This document shows, piece after piece, positions 47,909 through 56,519 of a stretch of DNA of 64,000 bases; position 1 is the stretch's first letter; each line of letters starts with the position of its first letter. The translations under genes and the position numbers were made by a program. The stretch spans positions 1-64,000 of the IMG/VR virus record IMGVR_UViG_3300030102_006934. The stretch is one strand, 5' to 3'. The notes beneath the pieces are model-generated. The model ran no database searches, was not told where the DNA came from, and saw only the letters and a program-made list of their open reading frames with translations.

Positions 47909-50089
47909 ATGAGTTACATTATAAACAATACAAGCGCTTTCGTTAATATAAAATTAACTGAAGTTGGTAGACAAAAACTAGCACAAGGACAACTTAATTT
48001 TAATTTTTGGGCCATTGGTGATTCTGAAATTAATTATGATAGAGAAGATAATTATGACTTAGCACCAGCACAACCATTTAGTGAAGCACTAAGTGGTACT
48101 TCTAAAATACTTAGACCTGTAGACCAACAACCAGATATTAAGCATTTTATTACTTCTAATAGTAATAATAACTCAAATTTAAACTCATTAGACTCAAATC
48201 AAATAAAAACAATAAAAGCAATTGTTAATAATGTGGCTACTGAACGAGGGTTTTTTAGCGGAAATAGCACTCATACAGAATTCACGACTAAAGATAGTAA
48301 CGATTATATAAAATACTCTGGAACAATACTAGGTTCAAGTATAGCTGGTGGAAATACACTAGTTATAGATACAGCAACAGAATATTCTGTTGGTGATTTC
48401 ATATTATTAAAAATTGGTAATGATACTATTGGAAACCAAGTTTCTAATGGAAATACGATACCGACACCACATTTATGGTATAAGATTCAATCTAGCGGAA
48501 CAACATCAAGTCCTGGTGACACAATAACACTAGATAGGGAATTACCAAACATAAATTCAACAACTGCAACAACAGAATATATTATATACACTAGTAGTGA
48601 AGTTTATGAAGGATTTGGACATGAAAACACAACACCATATTGGAACTCTAACACATTAGATTTTGCCGCATGTTGTGACGTTTCTTGTGCTGATGTGCCA
48701 GTATGGAACATGAACAATGTTTGGTGTGAAAACCTAGCTGGAATGACTGGTGCTAGTATATATAATACAGTATCAACACCAAATGAGTCTTACGAAAAAT
48801 TTGGCTCCAATGAATATATGGGGCAAAAATTTCCATATTTTGAATACAAGTGTGTTGGTGACTCTGAGAATGATTCAGACCCATGTGCCAATCCAGGTGA
48901 CTCTGTAATTGACAGTGTTTGTAAGTCAATATCAATACTACATTATACTAATAACACAATATCAAATTACTACGGTGAATATCTATACATTGATGGTGAT
49001 AATGATAAAAACGTAAAAATACATTTACCAGATTTAATGTATCACAGGAGAAATTTTTCAACTGAAAGTGGTACAACAATGGGTATGACATTTATAGCTA
49101 GTGGTGAAACAAAATTAATGGGTTATAATAATGACATGAAATGTGTAGACTTAATAGAGGACCCAACAATGGTCTCAGATACACCAAGAGTTGTTGGTAA
49201 GGTGTATACTCAATTAAAAACAGTTGTATTTGACGAAGATGAAATTGTTGCAGCCATGTCTTATAAATCAAACAGAAACTGGACACTACCACATTTATCT
49301 GCAAATATGGTTAGCTCTTCAAATGGAGCGTCAAATGGTATCTTACAAAGTAACGAAACCATGTATCTAACATATACTTTTGAGAATAGTAGTGGAAATG
49401 GTTTAACAACAACACTACCTTGTCAATACTATACCAAAATAACTAACAACACCTCACAAAGTAAAGACGTAGAATTTAGACTATCTGATATAGATATGTT
49501 ACCGTACATGAGAAAAGAAGAGAAACCAACGTATGACGGTATGGGATTTTCAGCTAGAGAATTCAAAGTTCTATACCAAATAGTTTCGGATATTAATGAA
49601 AGACCAATACCCGATAATTGGAGCGTGTGTGATTTTACCAGCAGTGGTATAACAACAAATGTTGGTGAAACCATAGACCCTAAAGCGTTAGAGAACCAAA
49701 ATCCATTAGTTAATAACTTTATTATAGATTTTGACGCAACTACTGGAGCTACAACTTTCAGTATAATTAACTCATTAAATATGGCACCAAATAATAATAC
49801 TGACCTACTACAATTTGGGGACGAAAGATTCTTTTATGGTAATTTAGAAACATGTATTGGTGCTACAATATTTAAAACTATATTTAATTTAGATATTGAT
49901 GGTGATGATTTTAAAACAACTGGAAACCCAACAATGGATAATTCATTAACCAATTCACCAGATATTAGAGTTAGTGAAATAGGTATATATGATACTACAG
50001 GTTCATTAGTTATGATTGGTAAATTAAGCAAACCTGTCACTTTAGAATCTGGTAAAACAATAATGCTAGAACTTGCAATGGATTTTTAA
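47909..50089 (+). CDS. Tail-collar/fibre-attachment-type structural protein (P2 gpH N-terminal-like fold split by an insertion)
   Basis: N-terminal KLTEVGRQKLAQGQLNFNFWAIGDSE and C-terminal IRVSEIGIYDTTGSLVMIGKLSKPV. Confidence 0.6.
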   Translation: MSYIINNTSAFVNIKLTEVGRQKLAQGQLNFNFWAIGDSEINYDREDNYDLAPAQPFSEALSGTSKILRPVDQQPDIKHFITSNSNNNSNLNSLDSNQIKTIKAIVNNVATERGFFSGNSTHTEFTTKDSNDYIKYSGTILGSSIAGGNTLVIDTATEYSVGDFILLKIGNDTIGNQVSNGNTIPTPHLWYKIQSSGTTSSPGDTITLDRELPNINSTTATTEYIIYTSSEVYEGFGHENTTPYWNSNTLDFAACCDVSCADVPVWNMNNVWCENLAGMTGASIYNTVSTPNESYEKFGSNEYMGQKFPYFEYKCVGDSENDSDPCANPGDSVIDSVCKSISILHYTNNTISNYYGEYLYIDGDNDKNVKIHLPDLMYHRRNFSTESGTTMGMTFIASGETKLMGYNNDMKCVDLIEDPTMVSDTPRVVGKVYTQLKTVVFDEDEIVAAMSYKSNRNWTLPHLSANMVSSSNGASNGILQSNETMYLTYTFENSSGNGLTTTLPCQYYTKITNNTSQSKDVEFRLSDIDMLPYMRKEEKPTYDGMGFSAREFKVLYQIVSDINERPIPDNWSVCDFTSSGITTNVGETIDPKALENQNPLVNNFIIDFDATTGATTFSIINSLNMAPNNNTDLLQFGDERFFYGNLETCIGATIFKTIFNLDIDGDDFKTTGNPTMDNSLTNSPDIRVSEIGIYDTTGSLVMIGKLSKPVTLESGKTIMLELAMDF

Positions 50090-50090
50090 G

Positions 50091-51293
50091 ATGGGATATT
50101 TAACAGGAACAACAATAGAACTTACAGCTAAACTAACTCCAACAGGTAGGAGAAAACTAATTAGCAATGATAATTCACTAATAACAAATTTTGGTTTAGG
50201 TGATTCAGATAGTTACTACGGTGCATATACTGGCCTAACTATGGGGCAAGTACCAGGTATGGGAGGTAATAACAATGGAATTGATATTAATAACGGTGGT
50301 ATAGGATATACCATGAGAAGTCTTTTAGTGGCATCTCCGTCATCAACATTAAAACCAGTAGACCCATCATCAATTAGTGTTGATACAAAATTCAAAAACT
50401 TAGGTTATAAATTTTTAGATTATAGTGGTGGTAGTATAACACAAGATATTGTATCTTTAAATGATAAGAATGTAGATTCATTAACAAATTTATATCATTC
50501 ATTCGATTTGGCCATAACTAATTCAGACTTCAATTTATTTACTGGTAAAACACTAAACGTTGGTGGTTACTTAGACACAGCATATAGCGGATTAGGTCAA
50601 ACTAAAATACTAGTCATTGGTATAGATAACAATGAATATTCTGAGGTTATAGATGGAAAATCAATAAAATTAGATATTACAAGTACGGCATCAACTTTTA
50701 CCGTTTACAGTACATATGAAAACAATAATAGAGCATCTACATCATTGGATTCAGATATAAAAGAAATGTCTGCAAATATAAATACATTTGGACCGAACAG
50801 AGCATTATTATTTTCAGATGATATAGTTAAACCAAATGGTGGAGACCCAACAAAAAGCTGGTCTACTGGTTATGCAACAAATAAACCATTCAGTATTAAC
50901 GGTAAAAATAGGTATAATTTCACTACAAATACTAACTTAAGTTTAAGTGCTGACACACCAGTTGGAATCGCTTACTTAGATAAAGGTTTCTTAGTTATAA
51001 CGGAACCAACAATAGTAAATGATTTTGACCTATCAGACCCATCATCTACGGCAACAACAATTAACTTTAATCACTCAAGAGCTTCTGTATCTCAGTCAAT
51101 AACTTGTATAGCAAAGAGAGGTGAATTTGGAGTTACAACAAATAAAACCTGGAAAAATGGTGATACACCTAGAATTACAGAACTAGGTTTATTTGATAAT
51201 TCAAACCAATTAATAGCCATTGCCAAATTAAATGAGACTTATTATAAATCTTTAGATGATATGGTTGCGTTTAATGTTAAAATAGAATATTAA
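50091..51293 (+). CDS. Paralog of the 47909 protein (ORF track start 50073)
   Basis: KLTPTGRRKLISNDNSLITNFGLGDSD and PRITELGLFDNSNQLIAIAKLNETY; ATG 1 nt after the upstream stop. Confidence 0.6.
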   Translation: MGYLTGTTIELTAKLTPTGRRKLISNDNSLITNFGLGDSDSYYGAYTGLTMGQVPGMGGNNNGIDINNGGIGYTMRSLLVASPSSTLKPVDPSSISVDTKFKNLGYKFLDYSGGSITQDIVSLNDKNVDSLTNLYHSFDLAITNSDFNLFTGKTLNVGGYLDTAYSGLGQTKILVIGIDNNEYSEVIDGKSIKLDITSTASTFTVYSTYENNNRASTSLDSDIKEMSANINTFGPNRALLFSDDIVKPNGGDPTKSWSTGYATNKPFSINGKNRYNFTTNTNLSLSADTPVGIAYLDKGFLVITEPTIVNDFDLSDPSSTATTINFNHSRASVSQSITCIAKRGEFGVTTNKTWKNGDTPRITELGLFDNSNQLIAIAKLNETYYKSLDDMVAFNVKIEY

Positions 51294-51297
51294 AGAC

Positions 51298-51327
51298 TTT
51301 ACATTTATTAATCTTAAGTTATTTTTA
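51298..51327 (+). promoter_or_regulatory. Possible second-class promoter TTTACA-N16-TATTTT
   Basis: TTTACA 51298-51303 and TATTTTTA 51320-51327, upstream of RuvC. Confidence 0.4.
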
Positions 51328-51346
51328 AGTATAAATTAAATTTTAA

Positions 51347-52015
51347 ATGGAACTAAAAGATAACAAAAATGGTCTAATATTAGGTTTAGACGTTTCAACA
51401 AAGACTATAGGTATAGCTTTATTCGAAGACACTGGGGATGGTGGTAAATTAAGGTTATTACATCATGTATCACCAAAAATAAAACCAAAACCAGAAGATA
51501 AATTACAAGAACTTTTTGAGAAAGCAAATATATTTGAAGAGGAATTTTTAAATAAATACACTGACGTTGGTATAACAAGAGTAATAATAGAGGAACCATT
51601 ATTACGTTCAAACAACGTAAATACTGTTGCAACACTATTAAGATTTAATGGAATGATATCTAGGTCGGTTTATGACACATTAGGTATAGTACCAGAATTT
51701 ATATCATCATATGACTCTAGAAAATTTGCATTTCCAGAACTAATGCAAATTAGAAGAATTAATAAAAAAGGCCAACCATACAGCGAAAGAGAAATTTCTA
51801 AGAAAAACCCAGTACTATTTGGCGGTTATGATTGGGATGTTGATAAAAAAATAATAGTTTGGGAAAAAGTTGCAGATTTAGAACCTCAAGTAACTTGGTT
51901 ATACACTAGAACAAAAACTCTAAAAAAAGAGAACTTTGACATGACCGATGCATACTGTGCAGTTAAGGGTCACATGGCTAAAACTGGTGAATGGTCAAGT
52001 GAACTAGCCCATTAG
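51347..52015 (+). CDS. ruvC: RuvC-like Holliday junction resolvase
   Basis: ILGLDVSTKTIGIA, VIIEEP and FDMTDAYCA give the RNase H-fold D/E/D/D catalytic set. Confidence 0.85.
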   Translation: MELKDNKNGLILGLDVSTKTIGIALFEDTGDGGKLRLLHHVSPKIKPKPEDKLQELFEKANIFEEEFLNKYTDVGITRVIIEEPLLRSNNVNTVATLLRFNGMISRSVYDTLGIVPEFISSYDSRKFAFPELMQIRRINKKGQPYSEREISKKNPVLFGGYDWDVDKKIIVWEKVADLEPQVTWLYTRTKTLKKENFDMTDAYCAVKGHMAKTGEWSSELAH

Positions 52016-52016
52016 A

Positions 52017-52048
52017 TTTGTTTTTATAAAAAAAAGTTTATATATTTG
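52017..52048 (+). promoter_or_regulatory. Bacteroidota sigma-A type early promoter
   Basis: TTTG 52017-52020, 20-nt spacer, TATATTTG 52041-52048. Confidence 0.75.
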
Positions 52049-52053
52049 TGGCT

Positions 52054-52998
52054 ATGTCAATCATAGCAAACATATTTAAACGCTTTTTAGGTGACCCACA
52101 CGAACACAATGAAGAATCTGGTCAGATGTCATTTGATTGCCCCTCTTGTGCCGAAATGGGCAAAGGAAAGGGTAAGCATAAGTTAGCATTAAATTACAAA
52201 AAAAATATATTTAGATGTTGGGTTTGTGGGTTTGAAAACAACATGCATGGTAAAATACCTTATTTAATCAAGAGGTATGGTAATAAAAATATACTTAAGG
52301 ACTATATTTTATTAAAACCAGATGATGATTATAAAAAAGACTTTAGGGAAAGAACCGCAACCAAGATAGAACTACCAAAAGGTTTTACAAAATTAACACA
52401 AAACAACTCAGATAAATTCAAGTTTGATTCAGCCTATAAATATATAAAAAATAGGGGTATAACTGATGAAATGATAGAATATTATAACATTGGTTATACG
52501 GTGGTAGGTAAATATCATGATAGAGTTATATTACCTTCATATGATGAGTTTGGTGACGTGAATTATTTTGTTGCTAGAGCGTGGGATAAATGGAAAAGCC
52601 CAAAGTATCTAAATCCAGTGGCCGAAAAAGAATTAATAGTATTTAATGAAGACAAAATAAATTGGGACTCTACAATATATCTTGTTGAAGGGGCATTTGA
52701 CCACATAACAGTACCAAATTCAATAGCTTTATTAGGTAAAATGTTACCAGAAAAACTAAAGTACTTACTACACACCAAAGCCAAATCAAAGGTGGTGGTT
52801 TTACTAGATGAAGATGCACATGAAAATGCTATTAAAATTTATAGAGACTTAAATTGTGGTAATTTATATAATAAGATTATGATTTGTGTTCCACCAAATA
52901 GGTATGACCCATCATTAATATTTGAAAAATTGGGTTCTGATGGTGTGATAAAATTACTTAGGAACTCATACAAGATACCAGAAAGTAAATTGTATTAA
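52054..52998 (+). CDS. dnaG: DNA primase (Zn finger plus TOPRIM); ORF track start 52048
   Basis: FDCPSC...FRCWVCG, YIKNRGI, RVILPSY, YFVARA, KYLNP, YLVEGAFD and VLLDED. Confidence 0.9.
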   Translation: MSIIANIFKRFLGDPHEHNEESGQMSFDCPSCAEMGKGKGKHKLALNYKKNIFRCWVCGFENNMHGKIPYLIKRYGNKNILKDYILLKPDDDYKKDFRERTATKIELPKGFTKLTQNNSDKFKFDSAYKYIKNRGITDEMIEYYNIGYTVVGKYHDRVILPSYDEFGDVNYFVARAWDKWKSPKYLNPVAEKELIVFNEDKINWDSTIYLVEGAFDHITVPNSIALLGKMLPEKLKYLLHTKAKSKVVVLLDEDAHENAIKIYRDLNCGNLYNKIMICVPPNRYDPSLIFEKLGSDGVIKLLRNSYKIPESKLY

Positions 52999-53315
52999 TT
53001 ATCTTTTTCTTCATAAGACTCACTATTAGGTAAGTCTTTTTCTATTTGTAATGACCAAAGTGATTTATTTGGAACGATTAGCTTCCTACCAGAGCCATAA
53101 ACATAGAATGTAGTTTTCCAAATTGTCTGTCTAACTATCCTAGCTTTTTTAGTTCCTTTAATATAAACTATATCATCAATGTCAAAATCACTACCCATTA
53201 GAAACTGAAACCCCTTAAAGAAATTACTCATAGTATCTTTAAAAAATAAACCAACGATAGCGGTAATAACCAACCAACCCCATTCACCAATATATTCAGA
53301 TAAAATATCCTCCAC
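52995..53315 (-). CDS. Minimal MscS-like membrane protein (pore helix TM3 plus beta domain only)
   Basis: VGLFFKDTMSNFFKG...FDIDDIVYI...TIWKTTF...LIVPN aligns by eye to the MscS pattern VGLALQGSLSNLAAG...FRAGEYVDL...QIFSTTM...IVIPN. GTG start overlaps the TAG of the upstream minus-strand gene. Confidence 0.7.
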   Translation of the reverse strand: MEDILSEYIGEWGWLVITAIVGLFFKDTMSNFFKGFQFLMGSDFDIDDIVYIKGTKKARIVRQTIWKTTFYVYGSGRKLIVPNKSLWSLQIEKDLPNSESYEEKDN

Positions 53316-53866
53316 TAACTCATTGATTTTATTAATTCTTCTTTATTAGGAGCTATGTTGGCGACACACATATCAGCAATATTATTTGAAACACATGTTA
53401 TACCTGGCTCGTTATTTAATTTAGACCAAATTCTAGGCACTTGATTTAAATTTTGTCTTCTACCCTTACCAGAATATACATGACCAAACTCCATAATCAT
53501 AGCCATATATATTTTATAACCTAGACCTAAACCCCTCAATGACTCATCTAATGAAATATGTATTTGATAAAATATATCACCAACTAATTGTATATCTAAA
53601 GCAATACCATGACTAAAATCTTTATCTAATGGTAAAGATACTTTAATTTTAACTGGTGAAGACTCATTTTTTGGTTCCAAAATTATATCTTTATAAGATA
53701 AACTTTTAATTTTTTCTTTATCTAACTCACTAACATGAACACTTTTAGTTAAAGACAATGTGGGTGAATCATATTCAGATAACTCATATTCATCTTTAGA
53801 TGCATCACCTATAACATGACTGTATTTTAAACTTTCCCTAACCCTGTTTCTTATAAATTCCTTCAT
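53315..53866 (-). CDS. Hypothetical protein with GNAT-like acetyl-CoA-binding motif
   Basis: QIHISLDESLRGLGLGYKIYMAMI fits GNAT motif A (R/QxxGxG); later VPRIWSKL helix; N-terminal MKEFIRNRVRESL leader. Confidence 0.55.
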   Translation of the reverse strand: MKEFIRNRVRESLKYSHVIGDASKDEYELSEYDSPTLSLTKSVHVSELDKEKIKSLSYKDIILEPKNESSPVKIKVSLPLDKDFSHGIALDIQLVGDIFYQIHISLDESLRGLGLGYKIYMAMIMEFGHVYSGKGRRQNLNQVPRIWSKLNNEPGITCVSNNIADMCVANIAPNKEELIKSMS

Positions 53867-53879
53867 AACTTTGTTTTAT

Positions 53880-53887
53880 AATAAATA
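53880..53887 (-). promoter_or_regulatory. Putative late-promoter motif TATTTATT on the minus strand
   Basis: Reverse complement of AATAAATA, 13 nt upstream of the minus-strand ATG at 53866. Confidence 0.5.
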
Positions 53888-53888
53888 C

Positions 53889-53919
53889 TTGTTTTTTAAG
53901 TAAAAAAATGTTATATTAG
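53889..53919 (+). promoter_or_regulatory. Bacteroidota-type early promoter (variant)
   Basis: TTG 53889-53891, 20-nt spacer, TATATTAG 53912-53919; back-to-back with the minus-strand motif. Confidence 0.55.
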
Positions 53920-53957
53920 TGAGAATTAATAAAGTTTTATAAAATACACATTTCATT

Positions 53958-54905
53958 TTGGATAACAAAGACGAATTAAATAAAATAGCTAAAGAAATTA
54001 GGGATGTAATTGCTAATAGACAAAAGGAACTGGACCTTTCTTTTGTTGAAGACACCCATACTTACTATATGAAAGATTTAAACGGTGTACTTAAATCCGA
54101 CTACCCAAGTGTGTCAACAGTGATTAAACAATTTTATACAGAATTCCCAGAATTAAATAAATCATGGCAGATGTGCAATGGTGATTTAATTGAACAAGAC
54201 GAATTACTAAAAAAATGGAGAGCCACAGCTGATTATGCTAATAGTAAAGGTTCCAGAGTACACTACCTACTAGAGAAAGACCTATTAGATATGTACGGCT
54301 CATATAAAGATGTCAGAAAACCCATATTTGATTGTGACGAACAACAAGTGTCTGATGGTAACGCAATGATTGATGCTGGTCACGATTTTATCAGACTAAT
54401 GCACAGGAGAGGCTGGGTGTTACTAGACACTGAGATGGTATTGGGTAGTCCAGAACTGGCTTATACAGGACAACCAGATAAGGTTTGGATTAAGGTTATT
54501 GATGGGACCTTAGGATTTCTAATAACTGACTGGAAAACAAATAAACCAAAGAACTTTGAAGTTCACGCATATACCGAACCAATGTTAGAACCTTTTGAAG
54601 ATTATATGGACACAGCCTTAAGTCATTACATGATACAATTACCACTATATGGTAGATTAATATTAGATATGTTAAAAGGTACTAAATTTAACGATATTAA
54701 ATTTTTTGGTTGTACTATTGTTCACTTAACTTCAGGTGGTAATCATAAAGAATACATTGTTGATGATAATTTTATGGAAAGGGTTTTAACAATGGACCCA
54801 TTACCTAGGATAAAAGAAGTTATGGAATATAAAAAGTTACAGATTAATAGAAATAAAAAAAGAATGCGTTTAGTCGAACAAGAATTGAAAAAAATAAATG
54901 ATTAA
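53958..54905 (+). CDS. PD-(D/E)XK (RecB/Cas4-superfamily) exonuclease
   Basis: YPSVSTVI, KGSRVHYLLE, DTEMVL, GQPDKV, ITDWKTNK and HYMIQLPLYG; TTG start. Confidence 0.85.
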   Translation: MDNKDELNKIAKEIRDVIANRQKELDLSFVEDTHTYYMKDLNGVLKSDYPSVSTVIKQFYTEFPELNKSWQMCNGDLIEQDELLKKWRATADYANSKGSRVHYLLEKDLLDMYGSYKDVRKPIFDCDEQQVSDGNAMIDAGHDFIRLMHRRGWVLLDTEMVLGSPELAYTGQPDKVWIKVIDGTLGFLITDWKTNKPKNFEVHAYTEPMLEPFEDYMDTALSHYMIQLPLYGRLILDMLKGTKFNDIKFFGCTIVHLTSGGNHKEYIVDDNFMERVLTMDPLPRIKEVMEYKKLQINRNKKRMRLVEQELKKIND

Positions 54906-55719
54906 TATGGTAAAAAAAGTCATACATTTAGCTGATATACATATTAGAACTTATAGAATGCACGATGAATACGGTGAAGCATTCAAATCCACATTAAAGA
55001 AGATAAGAGAACTGGTTTCTGATTATAAAAGAGAAGAAATTAGAATAGTAATTGCTGGCGATTATGTTCATCAAAAGATTACAATTTCAAATGAATTATT
55101 AATATTAGGTACTTGGTTCTTAAGGAAGTTAGAAAAAATAGCCCCAGTTATTATTATAGCTGGAAATCATGATTTATTAGAGAATAATAAAGATAGAATG
55201 GATTCCATAACACCAATGGTTAAGTTACTACCAGACCTAGATATAAGGTATTATAAAAACTCAGAATGTATTATGGATGATAATATTGTTTGGTGTGTCT
55301 ATTCTATCTTTGATGACAACTCTAGACCAGATATTGAAACAGCCAGAATAGAGTATGGAGATGATAAGTCATATATAGGTCTATATCATGCTCCAATAGT
55401 TGGTGCAACAACTGACATTGGATATGAGTTTACCGAATCAACATCCCTGGAACACTTTGAAGGCTGTGACATGGTAATGCTTGGTGATATACATAAAAGA
55501 CAATCATTTAACTATAAGGGAACACCAATAGCTTATTCATCTTCACTGGTACAGCAAAACTTTGGTGAGTCAGTAGATAAACACGGATTTTTATTGTGGG
55601 ACTTACAATCAAAGACATTTGATGAATACGACATAGAAACTAACTATGGGTTTTATCAATTCAAAATTAATTCGTTAGAAGAATTAGCTAACGGAGAAGA
55701 GAGATTAACAAATAAATAA
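54898..55719 (+). CDS. sbcD: SbcD/Mre11/gp47-like metallophosphoesterase nuclease (short form)
   Basis: HLADIH, AGDYVH, AGNHD, LYHAP and MLGDIHKRQ, followed by YSSSLVQQNFGE. Confidence 0.92.
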   Translation: MINMVKKVIHLADIHIRTYRMHDEYGEAFKSTLKKIRELVSDYKREEIRIVIAGDYVHQKITISNELLILGTWFLRKLEKIAPVIIIAGNHDLLENNKDRMDSITPMVKLLPDLDIRYYKNSECIMDDNIVWCVYSIFDDNSRPDIETARIEYGDDKSYIGLYHAPIVGATTDIGYEFTESTSLEHFEGCDMVMLGDIHKRQSFNYKGTPIAYSSSLVQQNFGESVDKHGFLLWDLQSKTFDEYDIETNYGFYQFKINSLEELANGEERLTNK

Positions 55720-56519
55720 TGAAACTACCCAAGGACATAAAAGATGAAATATGGCAATACTGCAAATCCAATAACATTACTAATGTTGATGAATTTATAA
55801 CCAGTATGTTAAGTAGGGGGTTTACTGCCGAGAAATTTGGTTCGGTTCCATGGGAAAAACCAGCTAAGATTAAAGAGGTTGAAAAGGTGGTTGAAAAAGA
55901 GGTTATTAAGGAGGTACCCGTTGAGGTCATTAAAGAAGTTGAAAAGATAGTTGAGAAAAAAGTTGAGGTACCTGTAGAAGTGATTAAGGAGGTTGTAGTC
56001 GAGAAAGAAGTACCAGTTGAGGTTATTAAAGAGATAGAAAAAATTGTTGAAAAAGAAGTTTATGTGACAGATGACGAGGCCGTAAAGTCCTTACAGAAAG
56101 AATTAGATGATATGGTAAAAACACATAAAAAAAATGTGGATAATTTAATAAAAGAAGTTGAAAATAATAATAATGTTTTAAGTTTAAAAGAAGATAAAAT
56201 AAAAACTTTAGAAGAAAATATAGAGGATAAAAAATCAGAAATATCTAAATTAAATGGTAGTTTGGGGACATTAAAAATAATGTTAAATGACACTAGTAAA
56301 GATGAAGAAATTAAGAAACTAAACGATAATTTACTATTATTTAAAAATGAATCTAAAGAAAGGGGTAAGAAAATTAACGAGTTGAATAAAAAAATTAAAT
56401 CTTTAGAAAATTCAATAGCCCCTAAAACTGAAGAAGAAGATAAGGGTGATATTTACGGTGACAATAAAAAGGGTTTATTTGGTTCAAATATTAGCGATGT
56501 ATGGAACAAGAAGAAATGA
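55719..56519 (+). CDS. Hypothetical protein with E/K/V/P (alveolin/articulin-like) repeats and coiled coil
   Basis: EKVVEKEVIKEVPVEVIKEVEKIVEKKVEVPVEVIKEVVVEKEVPVEVIKEIEKIVEKEV, then a long heptad region; overlaps both sbcD and sbcC. Confidence 0.8.
   Translation: MKLPKDIKDEIWQYCKSNNITNVDEFITSMLSRGFTAEKFGSVPWEKPAKIKEVEKVVEKEVIKEVPVEVIKEVEKIVEKKVEVPVEVIKEVVVEKEVPVEVIKEIEKIVEKEVYVTDDEAVKSLQKELDDMVKTHKKNVDNLIKEVENNNNVLSLKEDKIKTLEENIEDKKSEISKLNGSLGTLKIMLNDTSKDEEIKKLNDNLLLFKNESKERGKKINELNKKIKSLENSIAPKTEEEDKGDIYGDNKKGLFGSNISDVWNKKK
55867..56060 (+). repeat. Imperfect repeats encoding EVIKEVPV / VEKIVEKEV
   Basis: About 65 aa made almost entirely of E, K, V, I and P. Confidence 0.85.

Noticed and set aside
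53958-54905. True Cas4 or anti-CRISPR spacer-acquisition protein
   Set aside because: PD-(D/E)XK motifs are present, but I see no Cas4 four-Cys Fe-S pattern (one N-terminal Cys plus C-terminal CxxC...C). Called a generic RecB-family exonuclease.
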